Virus record (IMG/VR): IMGVR_UViG_3300043432_000485
Span: 96,001 to 160,000 of that record
Strand: one strand, 5' to 3'
DNA: 64,000 nt
DNA from: a virus
Taxonomy: Duplodnaviria; Caudoviricetes
Part shown: piece by piece, positions 35,634-44,862 of the stretch
Layout of the letters: each line of letters starts with the position of its first letter
Position numbering within the stretch: the stretch's first letter is position 1
The notes under the pieces: model-generated
What the model was told of the DNA's origin: nothing
The model's database searches: none
The model's input: only the letters and a program-made list of their open reading frames with translations
Translations under genes and position numbers: made by a program

Positions 35634-36351
35634 TGGCCACCACCTTCCGTGGTCGGTTCTTTGCGGCCTCTGACATACGCTGGCGCGCTTCCGCACTCCG
35701 CTTAGCGCCTAGATGAATCTCAACCAACTTAGCCATGTGTTCTGCAGTATTGGTTCTTCTGCCCCTAAGGGCACTAGCGATTTTGGCCTTAGTTTTCTCT
35801 GGCATAGGCCCGTGAGAAATCTCTCTAGCAACTTCAGACAGACGCTGCTTGTGACTGTCGCTTAGGCTCCGGCCCGACAAAGAAGCAGAGAGCTTCTTCC
35901 TCTGCTCAATTGACATTGTTCGGCCGCTAAGTGCCTCGGACATCCTGGCCCGAGCCTCGGGCGTTCGCTCACGCCCTCGCTGCGCTTCGGAGATTTTTTT
36001 CTTTCCCTCAGCGCTGATTGTGACCCCCGGCAGCCCTCTTCGTCCCCCACCCGTGCCCCCGGGTGAGTGATTGGTCAGCCTGGCTCCGCGCTCACGCTCG
36101 GTAGCGATCATCTGTATTTCTAGGGCATCCAGCTCTTCTTCAGAGCCGGCTTCACGCAGAGGCTTAATCAAGGGGGCCAAGCCCTTGTTCTTCAACTCTC
36201 GCAGCCAGTGAGAGGCGTGCCGTTTCGCCTTTAGATTCACAGCGGCCATGTGACCACGCAAACGCACCTCAAGCGGGACTATGGTTTGTCCAATGTATCG
36301 CAACTCATCAGTTAGAGGGTCGTATAACCCATAGACTACGCCGTAAGCCAT
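35626..36351 (-). mobile_element. Free-standing GIY-YIG homing endonuclease with NUMOD3 repeats
   Basis: VVYGLYDP...RYIGQT..L..R..GH, LEIQMI, LTN, followed by about seven NUMOD3-like units. Confidence 0.9.
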
Positions 36352-39300
36352 CAGCCCTCCGTGAAGTTGCGGTAGGTGACCGTTAGGATACCAAGGTCAA
36401 TGACCTCCATAGCCGAAACACTGATGTCATGGGATCCGGAGTCCCCACGGATGACATATGAGACTGCGTAGACATGGTTGGCAGGGTTGTCCTGTGGAAT
36501 GCCCGATCCTAGCAAAGAAACTGCCACGTGATTGGCCGTTCGGCGAAGGCGCTCAGCCACATACTGGTTGGATAGGAACCCTTCGCTAGCTAGGGTGGCG
36601 TCATCCGAGTACCCGGCAATGATGGCCCCTCCAGACCCAATGATGAACGCTTGGTTAGCAGCCGTTCCAACCGATGCTAGGTCAGCAGACAGGGACATGG
36701 CAATGTCATCCTGGAACACTCCCTTGTGTTCCGTGTCCAGCCCTCCCCCATCGGTGGTTGAGAACTCCAGAGGGTTGGTCAGGATGTACACCAGGTTGCC
36801 GCCGATGTCCAAAGAGCCAACGTGAGTATACGTGGAGAGTACGCCCTCCCTCAGCTTGTGGCTGCCGTCTGCGTAAGCCATGCGTGCCATGGGCAAGACG
36901 TTGAACTGCACACCAGTGCTATCGTTGATGGCCGAGTCCACATTGGACTGAGCCACACCTTGCCCGATGAGCTTCTTGTCTAGATCCAGCGATACGTTGT
37001 TGCGGATGATGGGATCCGTCTTGTCTTTGGCGGCCCCACTGGCTAGCTGCACCGTGGTCTCGATGTTGATGTCATTTTGCACGGCCTGCTTGACCAGGAC
37101 ATCAGCGGTGACGTGCCGCTTGTTGTTCAGGATCTCCTGGAGTTGCTGCAGCAACTCGTTGACCACGTAGGTCACTGTGAAGTTTTCATCATGCACGTAA
37201 TCGATCGACACCTCTTGCCCATTGGCAATCTGGGACGCTGCTGTGCGGACGATCTTGGCCGGAGTCGTAGACGTTCCAGGTATGATGTCATAGTCCGGAG
37301 TGGATGACTCGGGGCGCAGGAACTCCTGGGTTCGCTGTTCGTTGAACACTCGGATGGTAGCCGTGTTGATTCCAATCGAGTTCAGGGGCTCTTGCTCGAA
37401 CCCAATCATCACGTGCAGCTCGTTGTTGACCGTGATGGTGTCCCCAGATGGGATGCCGCCAGATGGAGTGATGGATACGTAGTTCTTGGCAATCGTGCTC
37501 TCCCCATCCAGCAGGGGGTCGTCCGTTTTGAACAGCTGGTAGTGCACGTCCGGAGTCAGAGCCCCGGATACCTCTCCAACGACTGACACCACTCTCCTGA
37601 CAGGTTGGATGGTCATGAACAACTGGTTCAGCACCTGGAAGCGGTAGTCAGCAATGACCACGTCATCCAGAGTAGTGACCGGCTGAGTGATGATGGTGTT
37701 GTCGATCGTGAATGTCTGGTAGTCGATGATGTTCACACCGGTCAGATCGTAGTCCTGCCCAAGTGTGACGTTCCTGACCCCCAACCCTTGGATCGGGTTG
37801 TTCAAGATCTCGATGATTGGGGTGTTGGGGGTGACGCGAGAGTCCAGCACTCGAAGTGTGACGAGCGTCGGGGTGATGCTCAGGACTTGGCACTGGATGT
37901 TGAGTGCCACATCGAAAGTGAATGCAAACTTGTCCTGTACCTGACGCTCCTGAACGCCTTGAACCCAGACATCGACCTTGCCTCCGATGTGCTTATGCCG
38001 GACGTCGTCATAATCCCTCATCATCAGAGGGTCGCCACTCTTGATGATCTTGGTCCGAATGACCCCAATCTTGGCAGCGGCCGTGGCGGCATACCCGGAT
38101 TCCGTTCCGGTGTCGACTGAGGCAAAGCCCAACATCGAGCGAGAGGCCAAGTCAGCGTTGGTCTCCTGATCATCTCCGAACACCGTCGCCGACTCGTTGA
38201 CAGCTTGCAGCCCGGAAACACCGATCAAAGTCTTGATGGACTTAGGAGGAACGTTGCCAGCGCTTCCCGCTGACTCTGCAACGATGGGCACCCGAATTTC
38301 GTACCTCTTCTCATCGAAGTTGTAGAATGCCTCTGCGTTGGTAGAGGGTAGCACAAACGAGCCACCGATGCGGAAACGCTGAGAGGTGATCCCAGTGGAC
38401 GCATCAGCGGTTGAGACCGCAATGGACCCAGCTGGCACGGGGATGTCTTTAGCCGGGCGCGTTGTCGTGTAGAGAGTGAGGGTGCCGGTTGATTGACGTC
38501 CACCCAAGCGAGTCTTGTTCACGTTGGCCGCCAGCTTGTCGAACTGCTGGTCAATCAAACCCTGGACCGCATTGTCGCTCGTGAAGCCAAGAGCGGACTT
38601 CAGTGCTTGCTTGTACGCACTGCTGGCCACTGGATCCGAGTCCCCGTTGCCGCTCACATTGTCGATAGGCAAGAGAGTGAGAAAGCTCTGGCTACGGTGG
38701 ACGAAGTCCAACAAGAACCAGATGCGGGACGCCTCGGACGAGAATGGATCGATGTCCACGTCCCTGGACACAGACCCAGGGATCAAAGACACTTCCGCGT
38801 TCACGCGAAGGACTGCCCTCATGTAATCGGTCGCGATGTCCGCTTGACGGCGACCAGGAAGGTCTCGGATCGTGGTGTCAATGATCAGGGGTGAACCCAG
38901 CACTTCCTGAGAGTAGGGTGTCTCAATCTCAGTGTTGGTGGAAGGGTTGAAATACACGCCAGTGACGACGTAGTACAGCGGGTCAGAAGACGGGACGCTG
39001 AGGAACTGGTCCGTGTTGATGATCCCATCCCCACCGTTTCGATCATGAGTGAACACCAGGAACTCGTCCAAGGTGTAGTTCTGCAGCAACCCTGAGAATC
39101 GTAACTTACCACCCAAGGTGGTGATGCCATGGAAGGAGTCCAAGCGGACTGCCAGTTCGTTACCGAACTCGTCCTCCTCGGAGATGCGGAGCCTCACTGT
39201 CTTGGCGGCACTGACATCCCACAAGGCTAGATCGTCGAACGATGTGATGTCCGTTTCTTCAAACTGACTAGGGGACGAAATGGGCTTGTCATTGACTCTG

Positions 39301-39836
39301 AAGTACCCAGATGCTCCGGAGGGCTCAGACGAAGCATAGAAGTTGTAGCCTAGGAAGGTGGCGGTCTGGGTGGTGACCAGGACGGCGGTCCCCGTGTCGT
39401 CTATGATGACGTTGGTCAACGGCTGCGGTTTGGCCGCCAGGATTTTGATGTGGTCCCGATACCGAAGGACCCGGATACCCGTTGGGATCTGAGTGCCGGT
39501 AGTGTCCGAGTCCACGATCCTGGTCACGATGACAGAAGAGGTTGCCGATACGCCACCAACAATGTCGATGGTACGGATCAGGATCGTGTTGACCCCGAAG
39601 TCCAAAGGCAGGCCAGTGGGGTAGACAGACAGATTGGGGATCGTGAACGTCTGCAGCACGAAGCTGATGAAGTTTGGGTCAGAGACAAAGGCTCCCCCAT
39701 TGATCGACAACTGCACCGAGACCGTGTCAGGACTCACGGTACCAGTGATGAATATGGCCTCCTCGTTGGTAGAGAAAACCAGATTCGTGGTGAACCCGCT
39801 GCCATCTCTGAGTGCTATTTGTGGTGCTGTAGCCAT
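36351..39836 (-). CDS. Extended baseplate J-like wedge protein (T4 gp6/P2 gpJ family)
   Basis: PGSVSRDV.IDP, RLGGRQSTGTLTLY, AESAGSAGNVP...I, DQETNADL.SR, GGKVDVWV motifs. 1161 aa, with N-terminal and internal extensions. Confidence 0.88.
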   Translation of the reverse strand: MATAPQIALRDGSGFTTNLVFSTNEEAIFITGTVSPDTVSVQLSINGGAFVSDPNFISFVLQTFTIPNLSVYPTGLPLDFGVNTILIRTIDIVGGVSATSSVIVTRIVDSDTTGTQIPTGIRVLRYRDHIKILAAKPQPLTNVIIDDTGTAVLVTTQTATFLGYNFYASSEPSGASGYFRVNDKPISSPSQFEETDITSFDDLALWDVSAAKTVRLRISEEDEFGNELAVRLDSFHGITTLGGKLRFSGLLQNYTLDEFLVFTHDRNGGDGIINTDQFLSVPSSDPLYYVVTGVYFNPSTNTEIETPYSQEVLGSPLIIDTTIRDLPGRRQADIATDYMRAVLRVNAEVSLIPGSVSRDVDIDPFSSEASRIWFLLDFVHRSQSFLTLLPIDNVSGNGDSDPVASSAYKQALKSALGFTSDNAVQGLIDQQFDKLAANVNKTRLGGRQSTGTLTLYTTTRPAKDIPVPAGSIAVSTADASTGITSQRFRIGGSFVLPSTNAEAFYNFDEKRYEIRVPIVAESAGSAGNVPPKSIKTLIGVSGLQAVNESATVFGDDQETNADLASRSMLGFASVDTGTESGYAATAAAKIGVIRTKIIKSGDPLMMRDYDDVRHKHIGGKVDVWVQGVQERQVQDKFAFTFDVALNIQCQVLSITPTLVTLRVLDSRVTPNTPIIEILNNPIQGLGVRNVTLGQDYDLTGVNIIDYQTFTIDNTIITQPVTTLDDVVIADYRFQVLNQLFMTIQPVRRVVSVVGEVSGALTPDVHYQLFKTDDPLLDGESTIAKNYVSITPSGGIPSGDTITVNNELHVMIGFEQEPLNSIGINTATIRVFNEQRTQEFLRPESSTPDYDIIPGTSTTPAKIVRTAASQIANGQEVSIDYVHDENFTVTYVVNELLQQLQEILNNKRHVTADVLVKQAVQNDINIETTVQLASGAAKDKTDPIIRNNVSLDLDKKLIGQGVAQSNVDSAINDSTGVQFNVLPMARMAYADGSHKLREGVLSTYTHVGSLDIGGNLVYILTNPLEFSTTDGGGLDTEHKGVFQDDIAMSLSADLASVGTAANQAFIIGSGGAIIAGYSDDATLASEGFLSNQYVAERLRRTANHVAVSLLGSGIPQDNPANHVYAVSYVIRGDSGSHDISVSAMEVIDLGILTVTYRNFTEG

Positions 39837-39847
39837 GTGATCTTATC

Positions 39848-40984
39848 TCAGCTCGACTGGGTAAAGGAACCGCTCAGGGAGCGGCGGATGGTCCCTGATG
39901 TGTTGCCCACTAGTTCCAAGGATTGGGGGATTCTCAAACCTCTGGTGAGCTGAATGGGGTCGTTAGAACGGTTCTGTATCGTGACCGTCACGAAGATGAC
40001 CGTTGGATCTTGGGTGCTCTGCTCCAGGTTCACTGAGAGCAGTCTGAACGGATACTCTCGGTCGGACACGAACTGGTTGAGGTCCGTTTCCTGCTGGTTC
40101 TTGATGGACTGCCATCGATTGAAAGCTTGATGGATGTCGGACACGATTAGGTTCTGAGCGAAGCCCCCTGCGGTCAACTTCTTGCCAATGGCTTCAATCA
40201 ACCCTGTGCCGTACCAGAGATGGAATGGGTTGCTCCCACGAATCGTGTAGAAGTCCTTCTGCAGCTCCTGAATGAGCAAAGCCTCATCCCTGACCTCAAT
40301 GACATTGCCCCCAGCATCATAGCGCCAGTCGTTCTCAAATCCTGACCCGCCGCAACGCCGGCACTCTTCCCGGACCGTCGTGTAAGAGATCTCCACGAAG
40401 TTGGACCCGCTCCGAAGTGGCGTGTCGAACACGATGAGCCGCGTTGGGCGGTCCGCCAAAGTGGTGGGGTCACTAACCAGGGTCCAACCTGGTACTAGCT
40501 GCTGACCGCGGTACTCGCGGTTGGTCTGGAATCCCAACAGGTCCGCTGCCGTAGATGTGGCGCTCAGAAAGATGCTGGACCCAGGGCCGGATTCTCTGGA
40601 CTCGAACTGCAACTTGGAGTTGGCTACCGAGAACAGCACCCCGTCTAACTGTTGGTTCAGCTTCCCTGCGACTTGAGCCGGGTCCATCTTGAAGGCCGTG
40701 GGCAGAATGGCAGTCTGCATAGGCCCCTGATTCACCTTCATCTGGATCGTGTCATTCACCCCGGAGGTGAATGAAAACGGTCCGCGCCGGGTACCAAAGG
40801 TCCGTGCCGGCAAGGCCACGCCATCTGAAGGAACGGTGATCGAATTGTTGAGCAGAACCTTCACCGAAGTGGAGGACGAGATGGGGCGGATTGGGCGGAT
40901 CGTTGCCCGGTCAGCCGAGAGGTATAGGGCTTCTTCCGAAACGGCATGTGGGCACACTTGATCTACAGCCCTATCTGAAGACAT
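39848..40984 (-). CDS. Baseplate wedge protein with a C-terminal gp25/GPW-like domain
   Basis: EVRDEALLIQELQK..YTIRGSNPFHLWYGTGLIE.IG gp25-like motif preceded by CRRCGG. It lies just upstream of J. Confidence 0.75.
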   Translation of the reverse strand: MSSDRAVDQVCPHAVSEEALYLSADRATIRPIRPISSSTSVKVLLNNSITVPSDGVALPARTFGTRRGPFSFTSGVNDTIQMKVNQGPMQTAILPTAFKMDPAQVAGKLNQQLDGVLFSVANSKLQFESRESGPGSSIFLSATSTAADLLGFQTNREYRGQQLVPGWTLVSDPTTLADRPTRLIVFDTPLRSGSNFVEISYTTVREECRRCGGSGFENDWRYDAGGNVIEVRDEALLIQELQKDFYTIRGSNPFHLWYGTGLIEAIGKKLTAGGFAQNLIVSDIHQAFNRWQSIKNQQETDLNQFVSDREYPFRLLSVNLEQSTQDPTVIFVTVTIQNRSNDPIQLTRGLRIPQSLELVGNTSGTIRRSLSGSFTQSS

Positions 40985-41679
40985 GATTCTGCTCTCTTTC
41001 TAGCGTGTACAAGCAAGGCTACCTCACGCATGCGTTCCACTCTTTCAGGTGAGAGCTTCCTGCCCTTGTTGGAGGCACTGATTTTCTCTTTTGTCTCTGG
41101 GGGGCATGGCTTGGAATTCGCTGCCGCTATTTTTGCCTTGGCCTCATCTGAATGCTTTTTGCCCATATGAGAAGAGGACATCCGGTTCTTGGTCTCCTCA
41201 GAATGATGTGTTCCTCTCTTGAGGTCCCCTATCAAGGCCTTAGATTCATCGGAATGTCTATATTTGCTAGACGCGGCTGATATTTTCCTCTTGGTCTCTT
41301 CTGAGTGTTTTCTGCCTCTATTTGCGGCTGAGATCTTGGCTCGACTCTCCGCAGTTGGTCTGGAGGACTTGCCCCCTTTGGATACATTATAGCCAACACT
41401 TCGTTCCCAGGTGCCCAGTCTATCAATCCAAGAGGCTTCCAAGGCGTCCAGCACATCTCCTGAACAACAAACACGTTCAACCACTGTCAAAGAAGGGGTA
41501 CCATATTTCTGGATGGCTAAGGTCACGAGACAAGCTCTAGATGTTCCAGTTCGTAGATGACCAGCCAGTCGGGCATCGGCACCTATGGTAGTCTGTCCGA
41601 CATACTTCTTCCCATTGGGGAAATTTAGAACATAAATCTCCCCGCAAAGCAGACCTTGAAGTAGGTTCAAACAGATCAT
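40963..41679 (-). mobile_element. Free-standing GIY-YIG homing endonuclease with NUMOD3 repeats
   Basis: EIYVLNFPNGKKYVGQT, R..GH, LEASWI, GYN, followed by about seven HSEETKRKIS-type units. More AT-rich than its neighbours. Confidence 0.9.
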
Positions 41680-41686
41680 CGATCCT

Positions 41687-42421
41687 CTACTGAGTGGGTT
41701 TCACAAAGCCTTTCAAGCTGCGTTGGTAAGTGTTGGCCTCCGCGCCCTCCCCGCCTGGGGTATACCCGGCAAAGGGAGCCCTAGCGAACTTACCGTGAGG
41801 GTCAGGGGAGTTCCCATCGTCCGTGATCGCCATGTAGCGAGGGTCCGCGGTCAAGGTCTCTATGTTGCTGATCAAGGACTCCAACGAGCCCTCTGTGTCC
41901 GTGCTGGCCTTCAGAAGCTTTAGCTGAGAGATCTCGGCGTCCAGCTGCTCAGCATAGTCGACCGCCCTGCGAATTTTCCTCTCCAGATAGTCCCTACGCC
42001 GGTGCAGATCCGCGGCAAGCCAGCCTCGCATACGCTGCATGAGGATGGCGGATTCAGCGTCTGAGAGGCCCTCAACAGCTATCACCTCTCCGTTGGACAT
42101 CAGCTGAGCAGGTTTGGTCTCATCTCCAGAGATGCGAAACACCGGCTGATTGGTCTGACGAATCTGGAGGTCGAACTCTGCATCTCCGCCCAAGGCCTCA
42201 TAAGCCCCGAACAGCTTCCCAATATAGGTGGTCGGAGGATCACCTGTAAAATGAGTAGGTAACCCACCAGAATCATAGGCAAAGGACAGATCGCCAATTC
42301 GATCACGCTCGGCCTGCAAGTGCACGATGCGAGCGTCGATAAGTGCGACTTGCTCGCGGGCATAGTCTCGAAACCGAGCGAACTGGCTTGCGCTGAAAGT
42401 GCCAAGTATTTCGTGAGCCAC
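41687..42421 (-). CDS. Hypothetical helical (coiled-coil) virion protein
   Basis: Start set at GTG 42421 (GGAGG 6 nt upstream; MAHEILGTF). Coiled-coil segments. Embedded in the baseplate operon. Confidence 0.7.
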   Translation of the reverse strand: MAHEILGTFSASQFARFRDYAREQVALIDARIVHLQAERDRIGDLSFAYDSGGLPTHFTGDPPTTYIGKLFGAYEALGGDAEFDLQIRQTNQPVFRISGDETKPAQLMSNGEVIAVEGLSDAESAILMQRMRGWLAADLHRRRDYLERKIRRAVDYAEQLDAEISQLKLLKASTDTEGSLESLISNIETLTADPRYMAITDDGNSPDPHGKFARAPFAGYTPGGEGAEANTYQRSLKGFVKPTQ

Positions 42422-42480
42422 TGAGCACCTCCCTTCACGGTTGAAGACGAAACCTACTACACAGCTCAACCATCGAACGA

Positions 42481-44679
42481 TTAGAAAAGTAGGCTGAAGG
42501 CTGTCTTGAACGGGGTGATGTCAGGAGCCACATACGCGAACGCCACACCCCCAGTGTACCCACCCGGGCCACTCGGAGGCTTGGTGCCTCCAGCGTTGTC
42601 GATCAGGGATACCCATGTGTTGACATCACCGTCGGTCTCCGGGACGCTCAAGATGAAGAACCCTAGGGACAGACTCTCGATGAAGTTGAGGATCGAGGTC
42701 AAATACTCCAGGAACCTTTCAAGGGTATCGATCTTCTGAACGATGAGGTCAATGAAAGCCTTCAGCTCAGTCATCACCCCCGAGTAGGCATCCAGTAGGG
42801 CTTGCATCTTGGCCAGCATGTCGTAGATGAGCTGACCTGACCACGGAGCTATGTCCCGTAGTACACTGACCTGGATCCAGTTGATGTCAGATCCCGTCAA
42901 TGTGAAGCCTTTGCAGAAATCCACAGCAGCCAGGACGTTGAGTCTCACCTGGGGATCAGAGAAGCACTTGCTGTACAGAACGCCAGCGGTTTGAACCGCA
43001 GCTTGTCCTGCTGCCTCAGGGTCCTGGACCTTCGTGATCTCGTAAACCAGCTCCTTCAGATTGGTTGCCGTCAACCCCGGGACCACCGGAACTCCCTTAG
43101 GGAAGGCACTCTCCATCAGGCCCTTGAAAGAGACGGCCGAGTTGGCTTGCAACATCGCAGATGCCACGATGTTAGATAGCCGGGCCGCGTTGTGCCGGAC
43201 CAAGGGCTCATCCCAAGGCGGAACCGGCAGCAAGTTGGTTGCCGGGTCTGGCTGGAATTGCGCAGTCACTGCAGTGAACCCAGAGACTGCGTCCCCTATC
43301 CTTGGGATTGCCTCGAAGGACGTTAGGGCTCCCGCTAGCTGCTCAAGGGAACTCTTCCCAATGTCCGTATTCTCAGCCGGGGAGATAGGGAGCCCAGTCA
43401 GAGAATCGAACTGGAACCCCTGAGTCAAGGGCAAGTGGAAGTTGAGCGAGAATGCAGTTTGAAAAATCCTTCGAAGAGTCTCTATGACATCGAACTGCTC
43501 CGGGTACGTCGGGATGGTCATCGCAGTGGTGGGGCTCGCTTTGCCCATTACGGGAGGATCCGCGGAATCGGTGCCCGGCCAATCTATGTACGGATTGGAG
43601 TCGATCACATCTAGCTTGGGAGCATCGAATGTCACCGACTTACCGGACACGGCAAGAGAGCCACTGAATGCCCTCACCCGATAGTAGTAGGTCTTGTTGG
43701 GTTGGACATCGGTGTCGATATACCGGAAGGTTCCCAGCTGTCCCAAGAGGAACGTGGCGGTTTGCTGGGAGGAGTCGATCACGATGTACTGCTGGAACTT
43801 GAGGAACGGATCTTGGTAGAAGTCCACCAGCTTCACGGTGCGCTGGATCAAGTCTCCTTTCCCACGCTCACGGAAATTGGTGGGAACAGACATTACCACT
43901 TGTCCAACTGCCTCAGGATCACCCAAGGCCGAAGCATCAATCTGACCTACCGCTGGATTGATCTCGCTCTTCTCAAGGAGGAACTTAGGCGGGATGAACC
44001 CAGTGGACGCTGCCTGAATGAGGTCCGAGAATCCAGGGTCCCCGGGACTTGATGCCGGAGGCAGGCTCCACTCCACCGCGATTGAGCTTGGCTGCTCCTG
44101 GAAGAGAGCGGTCAAAGCCAAGATCGGATCACCGGCGCCCGTGGGTGTGACCTTGATCGGCAAAACCTTGAAGTTGGCGGGAGCCGGATAGCGAGGGGTT
44201 GTGAACTCCTTGCCAAAGAAACGGAGAAGGACCTGGATGAGGTGAAGCAAAGCCGGCGGGCTCTCTGCGTCGGCTACGATGATGGTGAACCCACCCATGG
44301 CAGTGCCTGGGATTGGCTGCGGCCGATTGGGGTCTCTAGAGTCATATAGCCCAGCTTTGAAGCGGGTGATGAACGCGGGGAATCCACCAACGAATCGATT
44401 GAAGTTCGGGTCCACCAGCGGGTTGGGAACGTCAAACCAGCCATACACGCCGGTGCGATGCAGGGCCTCGAACAAGTCCAAGATGAGAGCCAGGAGAGCT
44501 TCAACCAACGCCTTGATCGGATTGCCAAAGTCTACCAAGAAGGTCTTGACCGTCTCCAGTACAGCCTTCGTGACCTCAAGGTAGACCATCAAGGTCTCCA
44601 TGACGTTGCGAGCCCCCTCCAACAGGTCCTCACCTGGGAGTTGGATCGCTAGAGCTTCCCAATTTGGATTTGCTGCCAT
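42481..44679 (-). CDS. Baseplate-region structural protein with helical termini and a central FN3-like domain
   Basis: 732 aa. Amphipathic helices at both ends and YIDTDVQPNKTYYYRVRAF (FN3 signature). Confidence 0.7.
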   Translation of the reverse strand: MAANPNWEALAIQLPGEDLLEGARNVMETLMVYLEVTKAVLETVKTFLVDFGNPIKALVEALLALILDLFEALHRTGVYGWFDVPNPLVDPNFNRFVGGFPAFITRFKAGLYDSRDPNRPQPIPGTAMGGFTIIVADAESPPALLHLIQVLLRFFGKEFTTPRYPAPANFKVLPIKVTPTGAGDPILALTALFQEQPSSIAVEWSLPPASSPGDPGFSDLIQAASTGFIPPKFLLEKSEINPAVGQIDASALGDPEAVGQVVMSVPTNFRERGKGDLIQRTVKLVDFYQDPFLKFQQYIVIDSSQQTATFLLGQLGTFRYIDTDVQPNKTYYYRVRAFSGSLAVSGKSVTFDAPKLDVIDSNPYIDWPGTDSADPPVMGKASPTTAMTIPTYPEQFDVIETLRRIFQTAFSLNFHLPLTQGFQFDSLTGLPISPAENTDIGKSSLEQLAGALTSFEAIPRIGDAVSGFTAVTAQFQPDPATNLLPVPPWDEPLVRHNAARLSNIVASAMLQANSAVSFKGLMESAFPKGVPVVPGLTATNLKELVYEITKVQDPEAAGQAAVQTAGVLYSKCFSDPQVRLNVLAAVDFCKGFTLTGSDINWIQVSVLRDIAPWSGQLIYDMLAKMQALLDAYSGVMTELKAFIDLIVQKIDTLERFLEYLTSILNFIESLSLGFFILSVPETDGDVNTWVSLIDNAGGTKPPSGPGGYTGGVAFAYVAPDITPFKTAFSLLF

Positions 44680-44684
44680 CTACA

Positions 44685-44861
44685 TCAGGCCCCGTACTGG
44701 AGCTTCCTCAACTTCCGGCGGAGAGCAGAGATTTCCGCCTCCGTGGACTTTACACCTAAACGGATCACTTCCTTCATCTTCTCGTTGATCGCAAACTCAC
44801 GCTTCTCCCATGCGGGGGGAGGGGTTGCGGGCTTCTCTTCTGGCTTGTCTTGGTCGGACAT
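44685..44861 (-). CDS. Small hypothetical protein (58 aa) missed by the ORF track
   Basis: Hand translation MSDQDKPEEKPATPPPAWEKREFAINEKMKEVIRLGVKSTEAEISALRRKLRKLQYGA*. It starts 1 nt after the 1948-aa stop and fills the gap. Confidence 0.75.
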   Translation of the reverse strand: MSDQDKPEEKPATPPPAWEKREFAINEKMKEVIRLGVKSTEAEISALRRKLRKLQYGA

Positions 44862-44862
44862 C

